DNA of 32,000 bases from an uncultured Gemmatimonadaceae bacterium (GCA_963737845.1 CAVTUD010000002.1:183864-215863), one strand, 5' to 3'; shown: positions 17,377 through 26,469, counted from the stretch's first letter. Numbers and translations: made by a program. Notes: generated from the letters alone by a model not told the origin.

Positions 17377-18731
17377 CTACGTCTCCTTCATCAAGTCGCT
17401 CTCGCGCTCGAGGAATTTCGTGTCGATCTTCCCGCGACTGGAAGCGCGGGTTCTGCATCACGCGCGCGAGGAACGGGATGGTCGTCGTCACCCCTTCGAG
17501 CACGAAGCTCTCGAGCGCCACCTGCATCCGCTTCACCGCCTCGGCGCGGTCGCGCCCCTGGCAGATGACCTTCGCGAGCAGCGAGTCGTAGAACGGCGGC
17601 ACGGTGTAGCCGGCGTAGACGTGCGTGTCGATGCGCACGCCCGGCCCGCCCGGCGGATGGAACACGTCGATGCGCCCGGGCGACGGCTGGAAATTCCGCG
17701 CCGGATCCTCGGCGTTCACGCGGCATTCGATCACGTGCCCGCGCAGCGGCGGCAGCTCCTTGATCGCAGAGCTTCTCGCCCGACGCGACGCGGATCTGCT
17801 CCTTCACGAGGTCCACGCCCGTGAGCATCTCGGTGACCGGATGCTCCACCTGGATGCGCGTGTTCATCTCCATGAAGTAATACGAGCCGTCCTCGTCGAG
17901 CAGCATCTCGATCGTGCCCGCGCCCACGTAGTCGATCGCCTTGGCGCCGCGCACGGCGTCGTTGCCCATCTTCTCGCGCAGCTCGGGCGTCATCGCGGGG
18001 CTCGGGCTCTCCTCGATCAGCTTCTGGTGGCGGCGCTGCACCGAGCAGTCGCGCTCGCCCAGGTGGATCACGTTGCCGTGCTTGTCGCCGAGGATCTGGA
18101 ACTCGATGTGCCGCGGGCGCTGCAGGTATTTCTCGACGTACACATCGCCGTTGCCGAACGCCTGGAGCGCCTCGGAGCGCGCGAGCTGGAAGGCGCGCGC
18201 GAAATCATCGGCGTCGAGCGCGACGCGCATGCCCTTCCCGCCGCCGCCCGCCGCGGCCTTGATGATCACCGGGAAGCCGATCTTCTTCGCGAAGCCGAGC
18301 GCTTCGTCGACGTCCTCCACGGGGCCGGGCGTGCCCGGCACGACCGGCACGCCGACGGCCGTCATCGCTTTCCGCGCCGCGGCCTTGTCGCCCATCATGC
18401 GGATCTGCTCCGCCGTCGGCCCGATGAACGCGATGTTCGACGCGGCGCAGTCTCGGCGAACTCGGCGTTCTCGGCGAGGAATCCGTAGCCGGGATGGATC
18501 GCGTCGGCGCCGGAGATCTCGGCGGCGGCGATCAGCCGCGGAATGCGGAGGTACGAGTCGCGCGCGGGCGCGGGGCCGATGCACACATCATCGTCGGCGA
18601 ACCGCACGTGCAGCGACTCGCGGTCGGCCTCGGAGTACACGGCCACCGTCTGGATGCCGAGTTCGCGTGCACGCGCGGATGACGCGGAGCGCGATCTCTC
18701 CGCGGTTCGCGATGAGGATCTTCTTGAACAT
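17377..18731 (-). pseudogene. accC: Acetyl-CoA carboxylase biotin carboxylase subunit AccC, broken by four single-nt indels (about 18668, 18450, 17765 and 17433)
   Basis: [21 protein letters not shown] (ATG at 18731), then [39 protein letters not shown] (ORF 18395..18646). Next [47 protein letters not shown] (ORF 17391..18584). Next [37 protein letters not shown] (ORF 17177..17734). Finally [18 protein letters not shown], with TAG at 17377-17379. Confidence 0.92.
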
Positions 18732-18754
18732 CTAGCGTGGCCGCCGGGCGCGGC

Positions 18755-19935
18755 TCAGGCGGAGCCGTCGCGCTGGAAGTCGTCCCACGACGTGTCGCTG
18801 GACGCTTCCACACCCTGCACGCGCAGCGCGAACTCGCTGGGGTTGCTGGCGTAGAACATCGCGCTCTCGAACGACATGACCTTCTTCTTGTGCCACTGCA
18901 TGAGCGACTGGTCGAACGTCTGCATCCCGTACTGCACCGTGCCTTCCTTGATGAGATCGGGGATGTTCAGCGACTTCGTCATGTCGCGGATCTGGTCGCT
19001 CACGGCGGCCGTGTTGACGAGGATCTCGCACCGCCGGCACGCGGCCCTTGCCGTCGGCGCGCGGCACGAGGCGCAGCGAGATGACCGCCGAGAGCGCGCT
19101 CGCGAGCGTGAACCGCACCTCGGCCTGCTGGTGCGGCGCGTAGAAGGAGATCACGCGGTTGATCGTCTGCGTGGCGTCGGTGGTATGCAGCGTCGAGAAC
19201 ACGAGGTGTCCCGTGTCGGCGGCCTTGAGCGCGATCTCGAGCGTCTCGAGGTCGCGGATTTCACCGATCAGGATGACGTCGGGGTCCTGCCGCAGCACGC
19301 GGCGGAGCGCTGACCGAGAACGATCCGGTGTCGGCGCCCACTTCGCGCTGGTTGATGGACGACTTGTTGTCGCGGTGCAGGAACTCGATCGGGTCCTCGA
19401 TCGTGATCACGTTCGCGTGCCGCTTCTCGTTGATGTGCTGGATCATCGCGGCGAGCGCCGTGGATTTCCCCGAGCCGGTGACGCCGGTGACGAGCACGAG
19501 CCCGCGCGGCTTCATCGCCACCTGCTCGACGACCGCGGGGAGATTCAGCTCGGTGACCGTCTTCACCTGGTACGGCACCGCGCGCAGCGCGTACGCGATC
19601 GTGCCGCGCTGCTGGTACACGTTCACGCGGAAACGGCCGATGCCCGGCACGCCGATCGCGAAGTCCGCCTCCTTGTTCTCGGCGAACTCCTTCACCTGCT
19701 TCGGCGTCATGATCTGCTCGGCGAGGACCTTGAGATCCTCGGGGCGCAGCGGCGGCACGTCGAGCGTGGAGAGGTCGCCGTTGATGCGCAGCACCGGCGG
19801 CCGTCCCACTTTCAAGTGGAGGTCGGACGCGTTCTGCTGGATCATCCGCTGGAGCACCGCCTTGAAATTGAACGCGGCGGCGTTGGCGGGCGACGGGATG
19901 TCGACCTGCGCGGGGACTTGTGTCGTATTAGCCAT
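18755..19935 (-). pseudogene. pilT: Type IV pilus retraction ATPase PilT/PilU family, broken by indels near 19311 and near 19029
   Basis: ORF 19261..19935 gives NASDLHLKVGRPPVLRINGDL..GVTGSGKST (Walker A)..[23 protein letters not shown] 18732..19298 gives [24 protein letters not shown] (His box)..[21 protein letters not shown] 18755..19003 gives the C-terminus [19 protein letters not shown]. Confidence 0.88.
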
Positions 19936-20423
19936 TTGGGTCGATCCGGAAGAGGACCTGTCCGTATTCGACGGGATGCGAATCCGGCACCAGTACTTCG
20001 CGCACCACGCCCGCGTATTCCGATTCGATCTCGTTCATGATCTTCATCGCCTCGATGATGCAGAGGCCCTGCCCCTTCTCCACGCGTCCGCCCTCGCTGA
20101 CGTACGGCGCGGCGCCCGGTTCGGGCGAGCGATAGAACGTGCCCACCATCGGCGACTTCACTTCGAGGAGCTTCGACTTGGGCGCCGGCGCGCGGCGCAT
20201 CCGTCTCGGCCACGATCGGCGAACCATCCGTCGGCGTGAGCCGTGACGGCGCCGGCATCAACGCCGGCATCGCCATCGGCGCGGCCACCTGCACCGCGCC
20301 GCGCTGCTGGGGCGTCTTCGAGATCCGGATCTTCATCCCCTTGTCCGTGGAGATCTCGATCGAATCCACCGAAGAGCTGTCCAGCAGCTCCACGAGTTTC
20401 TTCACGTAGCGCAAATCGATCAT
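19928..20423 (-). pseudogene. accB: Biotin carboxyl carrier protein AccB, with one indel near 20190
   Basis: The N-terminus MIDLRYVKKLVELLDSSSVDSIEIS..KIRISK and an Ala/Pro linker are in ORF 19842..20552 (ATG at 20423). The biotinyl domain LEVKSPMVGTFYRSPEPG..CIIEAMKIMNEIESE is in ORF 19928..20227. Confidence 0.9.
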
Positions 20424-20455
20424 GGTCGTCTCGGCTCTCGCGTGGATCGCAAACG

Positions 20456-21538
20456 TTACGACAATTCCATCAACGTGCGCGGGAAGTCCGTGAGGACGCG
20501 CGCCTGCGCGCCCTCGATCACCACATCGTCCTCCACCCGCACCCCGCCCCAACCGGCGCGGTAGATCCCGGGTTCGATCGTCACCACGGTGCCGACTTGC
20601 AGCGCGCCGTCGGCGATCTTCGACAGCCGCGGCGCCTCGTGCACTTCCAGGCCAATGCCATGGCCCAGCCCGTGCCCGAACAATTCGCCGAATCCTTGCC
20701 CCTCAATGTAGCTCCGGGCGAGCGCGTCGGCATCCCGGAATGTCATCCCGGGCCGTACGCCGGCGGAAGCCCTCTCGTTCGCCGCGCGCACCACGTCGTA
20801 GAAGGCGCGCTGCTCGGCCGTGGCCTTCCCCATCACGAACGTGCGCGTGACATCCGACACGTAGCCATCCACCACCGCGCCGAAATCGAAGAGCAGCCAG
20901 TCGCCGTTCGCGATCGCGCGCCCGCTCGCGCGCGCGTGCGGCAGCGCCGAGCGCGGACCCGACGCGATGATCGCCTCGAAGGGGAATCCGGTGCTGCCGC
21001 CCTCGCGCAATTCGCGCTCGAGCGCGCCCGCGACCTGCAGTTCCGTCATGCCCGGGCGGACGAGCTTGAGCGTGCGGCCGAGCGCGTCCGTCGCGCAGTC
21101 GGCGGCGCGCTTGATGGCCGCGATCTCATCGGCGTCCTTCCGCTCGCGCAGCGACTCGACAATGTCCACCGTCGGACGCCAGAGCCACTTGTCGCCCTGC
21201 TGCATGAGCCGCGCGAAATCCCGGTGCGTGAGCATCGCGCTCTCGAATCCCATCGTCTTCACCGCGAGCTCGGGCAGCAACCGCCACAGCGCGTTCCACA
21301 CGCTCGCGAGATCGATCGTGACACGCGCGAGGTCGCCGACCTCTTCCTTCACCTGCGTCTGATAGCGGAAATCGGTGATGAGCACGAGGCTCTGCGCCGT
21401 GACGACGACGAGCGCGTTCGACCCCGAGAATCCCGTGAGATAGCGGATGTTCGGCAGGCCCGTGAGGAGCAGGCCGTCGATCTGCTGCGCGGTGAGCAGC
21501 GCGCGCAGCGACGCGAGGCGCGCGGGCGCGGTGATCAG
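20456..21538 (-). CDS. pepP: Xaa-Pro aminopeptidase/dipeptidase (M24B); start codon uncertain
   Basis: This is the C-terminal roughly 360 codons of ORF 20456..21976. IDGLLLTGLPNIRYLTGFSGS, DADEIAAIKRA, LFDFGAVVDGYVSDVTRTF, HGLGHGIGLEVHE and IEPGIY. There is no in-frame ATG, GTG or TTG near the conserved N-terminus. A CTG at 21538-21536 overlaps the aroQ TGA. Confidence 0.85.
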   Translation of the reverse strand: MITAPARLASLRALLTAQQIDGLLLTGLPNIRYLTGFSGSNALVVVTAQSLVLITDFRYQTQVKEEVGDLARVTIDLASVWNALWRLLPELAVKTMGFESAMLTHRDFARLMQQGDKWLWRPTVDIVESLRERKDADEIAAIKRAADCATDALGRTLKLVRPGMTELQVAGALERELREGGSTGFPFEAIIASGPRSALPHARASGRAIANGDWLLFDFGAVVDGYVSDVTRTFVMGKATAEQRAFYDVVRAANERASAGVRPGMTFRDADALARSYIEGQGFGELFGHGLGHGIGLEVHEAPRLSKIADGALQVGTVVTIEPGIYRAGWGGVRVEDDVVIEGAQARVLTDFPRTLMELS

Positions 21539-21976
21539 CCACGGGCGCCGAGCTTCGCGGCGAGTCCCCGCAGCGCGAGGTCGTATCCCGTGGTGCCGAA
21601 TCCGCTCAGCAACGCGATCGCTCCGCCGGCGAGCACCGTGCGGCGCCGTTCGGGTTCGCTGCGCGAAGATGTTCGAGATGTGCACTTCGACGTACGGCAC
21701 GCTCACGCTCTTGAACGCGTCGCGGATCGCGAGGCTCGTGTGGCTGTAGGCGCCCGCGTTGATGAGCGCGCCATCCACGCGGCCGCGCATCTTCTGGATG
21801 AGATCGATGAGCTCGCCCTCGCCGTTCCGCTGCGCGAACTCGATGTCCACGCCCAGCTCCGTCGCGAGCGCGCGCAGGCGCGTCTCCACATCCGCCAGCG
21901 TCTCGCGCCCGTAGATCTCGGGTTCGCGCACGCCAAGCAGATTGAGATTCGGCCCGTTCAGGACGGCGATCCGCAC
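21535..21976 (-). pseudogene. aroQ: Type II 3-dehydroquinate dehydratase AroQ. A 1-nt insertion at about 21660 fuses it in silico to pepP.
   Basis: (M)RIAVLNGPNLNLLGVREPEIYG..INAGAYSHTSLAIRDA..VEVHISNIFA, then the frame shifts. The restored frame reads REPERRRTVLAGGAIALLSGFGTTGYDLALRGLAAKLGARG, with TGA at 21535-21537. GTG at 21976 overlaps the upstream TAG by 1 nt. Confidence 0.88.
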
Positions 21977-24114
21977 TATTTCTTGAGCCCGTCCAGCCAG
22001 TCGTGGAAGAGTGCCAGGTCGGCTTCCTGCGGACGGCCGCCGGCCGCGTCGGCCTCGCGGTCGCCGCCGCCGTTCCGGATCGCCGGCACCGCGCCGCTGT
22101 CGCGCGGCGAGAAGAACTCATCGAACGAGACGTTCTCGCCGTGGCGCTTCTGCTCCACCGTCGCCTTCTGGCCGCGGAAGACATCGTCGAGCGAGAGCGG
22201 CTGCGAGGCCGCGCGCGACGGCTGTCCCGACGATGGCGTCGTGATCGAGGTCGCGTACTCTTCGTTGAAGGCGCCGGCGAGCGCGGACGCCGCGCTGTCG
22301 TCGGCCGCGAGCGCGCGCTCATCGAAGAGCGCGGAGAGACTCTCGGGGGTTCCGGCAGCGACCGAGGGCGCTAGGTCCTCATCGCTAGAGGGCGGCGGAG
22401 TCATCATCGGCGCCGCGGGCATCGCCATCATCGTCGGCGGCGGCGGCGACATCGGCGCCGGCGCCGGTGCGGGTGCCGCTACGGGCGCGGGTGCGGCGAT
22501 CGCTTCGGCCGCCGGCGGCGTGGCGCCGGGCGCTTTGCGCGCGGCGAGTCCGCCGAAGAACGAGCGGATGCTCTGCGCCGGTTTCGACGCGCGATCGCGC
22601 GCGGCGGTGATCACTTCCTCCGAGATGTTCGCCGCGACCGATACGCTCGAGCGCGCGCCTCTCTCGAGGCGCGAGATCCGCTCCTTGAGCGACGGATCCT
22701 CCGGTCGCATCGACGCGAGCTGCCGGTAGATGCGCAGCGCCTCGTCGGTGTATCCCTGCTGCAGGTACAACTCGGCCATCGTCTCGGTCATGAACGCCGC
22801 GGGAATGTCGTTCCCGGAATTCACCGAGAGATCGAGCATCCGTCCAATGGTCGGATCGTACGCCTCTTCCTGCGACTGCGCGCCGCTCACCACCGCGGCA
22901 TCGGTCACCGAGCCCCAGTTGTCCACCGTGACGCGCTGGTCCGGCGCGCGCGGCGCGGGAGCGGGCGCCGCAGCTGGAGCGGGCGGCTCCGCCGCCATTG
23001 GCGGCTCGGGCTGCGCCGGCACCGCTCGCGGCGTGCGGAAGCTGAGCGTATCGCGGAGCGACGGGATCTCCGCGTCGAATGGCAATGCCGCGGCAGGCAC
23101 GGCGGGCCGGCTCGGCGGCGTATAGAGCGGCGGCTCTTCCTCTTCCGGCGCTCCCGGAAGCGCGGCGGCGGGCGACGGCGGCACATCGAGAATGAGATCC
23201 GGTGCCGACGCGCGCGTCACCGAGGCAGCCTTGAACTCGCCCGTCATCGCATCGAGCGGCGGGAGATCCGTCTCCGCTGGCGCATAGGCGGCGATGTCGG
23301 GAAGCGACGGCCGCGGCGGCGGCGGAGGCGCGATCGGCGCGGAGAACTGCGCGAACTCCTCGAGGCCGGTGATCTCCAGCGTCGGAGTCGGCGGCGGTGC
23401 CGGCGGCGCGGGCGGTTGCGCCGCTTCGAATACCGGTGCCGGCGGCGGAGGCGGCGGTTCGACGGCCGGCGCCGGCGGCATCTCGGCCAGCGCCGCTTGC
23501 GGCGGCATGAACGCGGCCGTGGTCTCCAGTTCGATCGTCTCGTGAACGACCGGCGCGGGCGGAGCCTCCTGCGACATGTCCTCCGGGATCATCCCGAGCG
23601 TCAACCGCGGGAGCGGCGGCAGGATCTGCGTCGGGGCGGCGCTCGGCCGTTCTGGATTGATGTCGCTCCACGAGACCGGCTCCGGCGCACCGCTCGGCAC
23701 CGCCGGCGTCGACGGCGCGACCTCGAGCGCCTGCAGATGCGCGCGCACTTCATCGTTCTGCGGGTCTACCTCGAGCAGCCGATAGTACCAGCCGCGCGCG
23801 CCTTCCATGTCGCCGGAGAGACGCGCGATGTCCCCGAGCTGGCGCAGCGCGATCAGGTTCTCCGGGTCAAGACCGATCGCCGCCTCGAACGTGGCGCGCG
23901 CTTCGTCCAGCTGGCCACTCTCGAAGAGCGCCTGGCCGAGCACGATGTAGCCGCTGATGTACGTGGGCTGGAGCGGCACCTGGGCGCGGCAGATCTGGAT
24001 CGCCGAGTCGAGGTCCCCCTGCTTGCGATACTCGTTGGCCAGCCGCGCGAACACGCGCCGCGGGTTCTCGCCGTACTGCCGTATGAGGTCTTCGATCAGA
24101 GCGGACTCGGCCAT
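21976..24114 (-). CDS. Large TPR-repeat protein (about 712 aa) with long Pro/Ala-rich linkers; function unknown
   Basis: N-terminal TPRs (YISGYIVLGQALFESGQLDEARATFEAAIGLDPEN..), Pro-rich low-complexity regions, and an internal TPR-like segment (TETMAELYLQQGYTDEALRIYRQLASMRPEDP). ATG at 24114 is preceded by GAGGG. An in-frame GTG at 24135 is the alternative start. Confidence 0.7.
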   Translation of the reverse strand: MAESALIEDLIRQYGENPRRVFARLANEYRKQGDLDSAIQICRAQVPLQPTYISGYIVLGQALFESGQLDEARATFEAAIGLDPENLIALRQLGDIARLSGDMEGARGWYYRLLEVDPQNDEVRAHLQALEVAPSTPAVPSGAPEPVSWSDINPERPSAAPTQILPPLPRLTLGMIPEDMSQEAPPAPVVHETIELETTAAFMPPQAALAEMPPAPAVEPPPPPPAPVFEAAQPPAPPAPPPTPTLEITGLEEFAQFSAPIAPPPPPRPSLPDIAAYAPAETDLPPLDAMTGEFKAASVTRASAPDLILDVPPSPAAALPGAPEEEEPPLYTPPSRPAVPAAALPFDAEIPSLRDTLSFRTPRAVPAQPEPPMAAEPPAPAAAPAPAPRAPDQRVTVDNWGSVTDAAVVSGAQSQEEAYDPTIGRMLDLSVNSGNDIPAAFMTETMAELYLQQGYTDEALRIYRQLASMRPEDPSLKERISRLERGARSSVSVAANISEEVITAARDRASKPAQSIRSFFGGLAARKAPGATPPAAEAIAAPAPVAAPAPAPAPMSPPPPTMMAMPAAPMMTPPPSSDEDLAPSVAAGTPESLSALFDERALAADDSAASALAGAFNEEYATSITTPSSGQPSRAASQPLSLDDVFRGQKATVEQKRHGENVSFDEFFSPRDSGAVPAIRNGGGDREADAAGGRPQEADLALFHDWLDGLKK

Positions 24115-24163
24115 GCAAGCCCTCAGGGTTGCCACCCCAGCAGGGTGGCAGGAGAGAGTCGGG

Positions 24164-24193
24164 AAAGTACATGTATCTGACGATTCAAGTCAA
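24164..24193 (-). promoter_or_regulatory. Possible sigma70-type promoter for the 712-aa TPR gene
   Basis: The minus strand reads TTGACT (plus 24188-24193), an 18-nt spacer, then TACTTT (plus 24164-24169). It lies in a locally AT-richer divergent intergenic region. The call rests on hexamer match only. Confidence 0.25.
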
Positions 24194-24212
24194 TCGGAAG
24201 TCATACGCTGTC

Positions 24213-24242
24213 TTGATTTTACGAGACCCGGGCGGCTAGATT
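24213..24242 (+). promoter_or_regulatory. Possible sigma70-type promoter for the ppiD-like gene
   Basis: TTGATT (24213-24218), an 18-nt spacer, then TAGATT (24237-24242). An AGGAG Shine-Dalgarno at 24288-24292 lies 9 nt before the ATG at 24302. The call rests on hexamer match only. Confidence 0.25.
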
Positions 24243-24301
24243 CTCCGGCTCGCGCAAATCGCGCCTTACCCACCCTTTCGTTCCGTCAGGAGTCACGCCC
24301 C

Positions 24302-26126
24302 ATGCTGCAAGGGATGCGAGCTTCCGCCAAGTACATCTGGTGGTTCGTCGCCGCAACGTTCCTCATCGGCTTCGTCTTCGTCCAGCAGTCCGGGTTGAGC
24401 GACCGGCTGGTGACCGCCGGCACGACGGTCGCGAAGGTCAACGGCACCGCGATCACCGTACGATCAATATCAGCGCGCCGTCGCCCAGCGTTCGGAGGCC
24501 GAGGAGCGCAACGGACGGACGCTGAACGCCGACGACCGGCGCATGATCGAGGAGCGCGTCTACAACGAAATGGTGAACGACGCGCTCCTGCAGCAGGAGT
24601 ACGCGAAGCGCGGGATCACGGTCACGGAAGCCGAGATCCAGCAGGCGGCCGTAGAGCAGCCCTACCCGCCGCTCGCGCGCGCCCCGGAATTCCAGACGGA
24701 TGGCCAGTTCGACCGCGACAAGTACCAGCGCTATCTCACGAGCCCGGCCGCGAAGCAGCAGGGCATTCTCGTGATGCTGGACGATTACTACCGGCAGGGA
24801 CTGCTCAAGTCGAAGCTCTTCGAGCAGCTGGCCACGAGCGTGTACGTGACCAATGCGCAGCTGTGGCGGTTGTACCGCGATGCGCACGATTCGGCGAGAG
24901 TCACCTACGTCTCGATCCCGGCCCTCACGATCCCCGATAGCGCCGTGAAAGTCTCGGACGCCGAGATCGCCGCCTACTTCGAGAAGCACAAGAAGGAACT
25001 GACCGACCTGCCGGGCCACGCCGTGATCTCCGTGGCGCGCTTGCCGCGCCTGATCACCGCGGCGGACAGCGCGATCGCGCGCAACAAGGCGTTGGCGCTG
25101 CGCGCGGAGATCGTGAAGGGCGCCAAGTTCGCGGATGTGGCGCGTCGCGAATCCGCCGACACGGCGAGCGCGGCGCAGGGTGGCGTGCTACCCAAGGCCG
25201 GCCGCACGACGTACGTGAAGCCGTTCGCGGATGCCGCATATTCGCTCAGAGTGGGGGAGATCTCGCAGCCCGTCCTCACGCCGTTCGGATATCACATCAT
25301 CCGCCTCGAATCGCGTCAGGGCGATTCGGTGACCGTGGCGCACATCCTCGTGCGCATCCAGCAGGGCGATTCGGCGGCCACGGCCACCGACCGTCGCGCG
25401 GATCAGCTCGCGAAAGCGGCCGGCGCGGCCAAACCCTCGGCGTTCGACAGCGCCGCGAAGATCGCTGCGGTTCGCGACGCGCATGATCCCGGTGCAGGAA
25501 GGCGTGACCGCCTCATTCGACGGCAGCGCCGTGCCGGGTGCCACCGCCTGGGCGTTCTCCGGTGCGAAGCCCGGCGAGATCGGCGAGCTCATCGATTCCG
25601 ATGACGCCTACTATCTCGTGCGCCTCGACTCCCTCACGCCGGGCGGCAAGGCGACGGTCGAAGCCCTCAAGACCGAGATCCACGCGCTGCTCGCGCGTGA
25701 GAAGAAGCTCGATCTGATCATGCCGAAGGCGCAGCAGATCGCGATGGCCAGCAAGGGCTCGACGCTCGAAGCGGCCGCGATCCCGGCGGGTTTCGCCACG
25801 ATCGTGAGTCCATCCTTCGCGCGGACGAGCCAAGTGGTCGGACTGGGCGTCGGGAACGCCGCCATCGGCGCGGCGTTCGGCCTTCCGCTCAAGCAGGTCG
25901 GCGAGCCGGTCAAGGCGACCACCACGGTGATCATCGAGCGCGTGGATGTGCGCACGCTGGCCGACAGCGCGGCGTTCGAGAAGAACAAGGTGCAGCAGCG
26001 ACTGCAGGCGCAGCAGCGGATCCGCGAGCAGGCGGTGCAACAGTACGTGCAGAACCTGCGCGAGAACGCGAGCATCACCGACAAGCGGAAGGACATCCAG
26101 CGGCGCAGCGCCAGCCCGCGAGCTGA
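24302..26126 (+). pseudogene. ppiD: Periplasmic chaperone / parvulin-type peptidyl-prolyl isomerase (PpiD/SurA-like), broken by indels near 24462, 25463 and 26100
   Basis: MLQGMRASAKYIWWFVAATFLIGFVFV (N-terminal TM anchor; in ORF 23957..24940). Then DQYQRAVAQRSEAE..MIEERVYNEMVNDALLQQEY..parvulin VGEISQPVLTPFGYHIIRLE (ORF 24543..25604). Then LRFATRMIPVQEG..YYLVRLDS..QQYVQNLRENASITDKRKDIQ (ORF 25483..26265). The restored end AAQRQPAS-TGA (26124-26126) lies just before the hairpin. Confidence 0.8.
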
Positions 26127-26136
26127 CCGCACGCAC

Positions 26137-26188
26137 GGATGCAGAACGCCCCCCGGCGGCCTTGGCCGACGGGGGGCGTTCTGCATCC
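26137..26188. terminator. Bidirectional terminator-like hairpin between the convergent ppiD-like and tatA genes
   Basis: Perfect 18-bp stem GGATGCAGAACGCCCCCC (26137-26154) / GGGGGGCGTTCTGCATCC (26171-26188). The 16-nt loop can itself extend the stem (CGGCC/GGCCG). There is no clear U-tract on either strand. Confidence 0.6.
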
Positions 26189-26204
26189 GGTACTCCCAGC
26201 GCCG

Positions 26205-26459
26205 CTATACCAGGCGCTTCGGCTCGGAGCGCGCTTCGTCCGCCGCGCGCGAGCTGGTCGTCTGATCGGTCGAGCGCAGCCGGTCGCGCTCGGGCGGCGA
26301 CGCGACATCGCTGTTCCCGATGTCGTTCATGTTCTTCTTGAATTCCTTGATCCCCTTGCCGAACGAGCCCGCGATCTCCGGGATCCGCTTGGCCCCGAAG
26401 AGCAGCAGGATCACCAGCAGGATGAGCATGATCTCGCTGAAGCCTAGATTGCCGAACAT
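26205..26459 (-). CDS. tatA: Twin-arginine translocase subunit TatA/E
   Basis: MFGNLGFSEIMLILLVILLLFGAKRIPEIAGSFGKGIKEFKK is the canonical TatA TM helix, hinge and amphipathic helix. Confidence 0.92.
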   Translation of the reverse strand: MFGNLGFSEIMLILLVILLLFGAKRIPEIAGSFGKGIKEFKKNMNDIGNSDVASPPERDRLRSTDQTTSSRAADEARSEPKRLV

Positions 26460-26469
26460 GGACAGCTCC

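Noticed and set aside
20456-21976. A bifunctional AroQ-PepP fusion protein of 506 aa.
   Set aside because: The linker (TRTAPHGARRRSDRVAERIRHHGIRPRAAGTRREARRP) is out-of-frame AroQ C-terminus. Removing one base at about 21660 restores canonical AroQ sequence and its own TGA stop.
22380-22560. GC-rich low-complexity DNA, also at 23290-23480 and 28380-28470, could have been tandem repeats or VNTRs.
   Set aside because: These stretches encode Pro/Ala-rich linkers of the two TPR proteins. Apart from the 24-bp duplication reported above, I could not define a consistent repeat unit.
24131-24149. A 7-bp hairpin GCCACCC-cagca-GGGTGGC lies in the leader of the 712-aa TPR gene and could be a terminator or riboswitch.
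   Set aside because: It sits between divergent genes, so it cannot terminate either of them. It is short, and I have no evidence of a conserved aptamer. It may only modulate the choice between the GTG 24135 and ATG 24114 starts.
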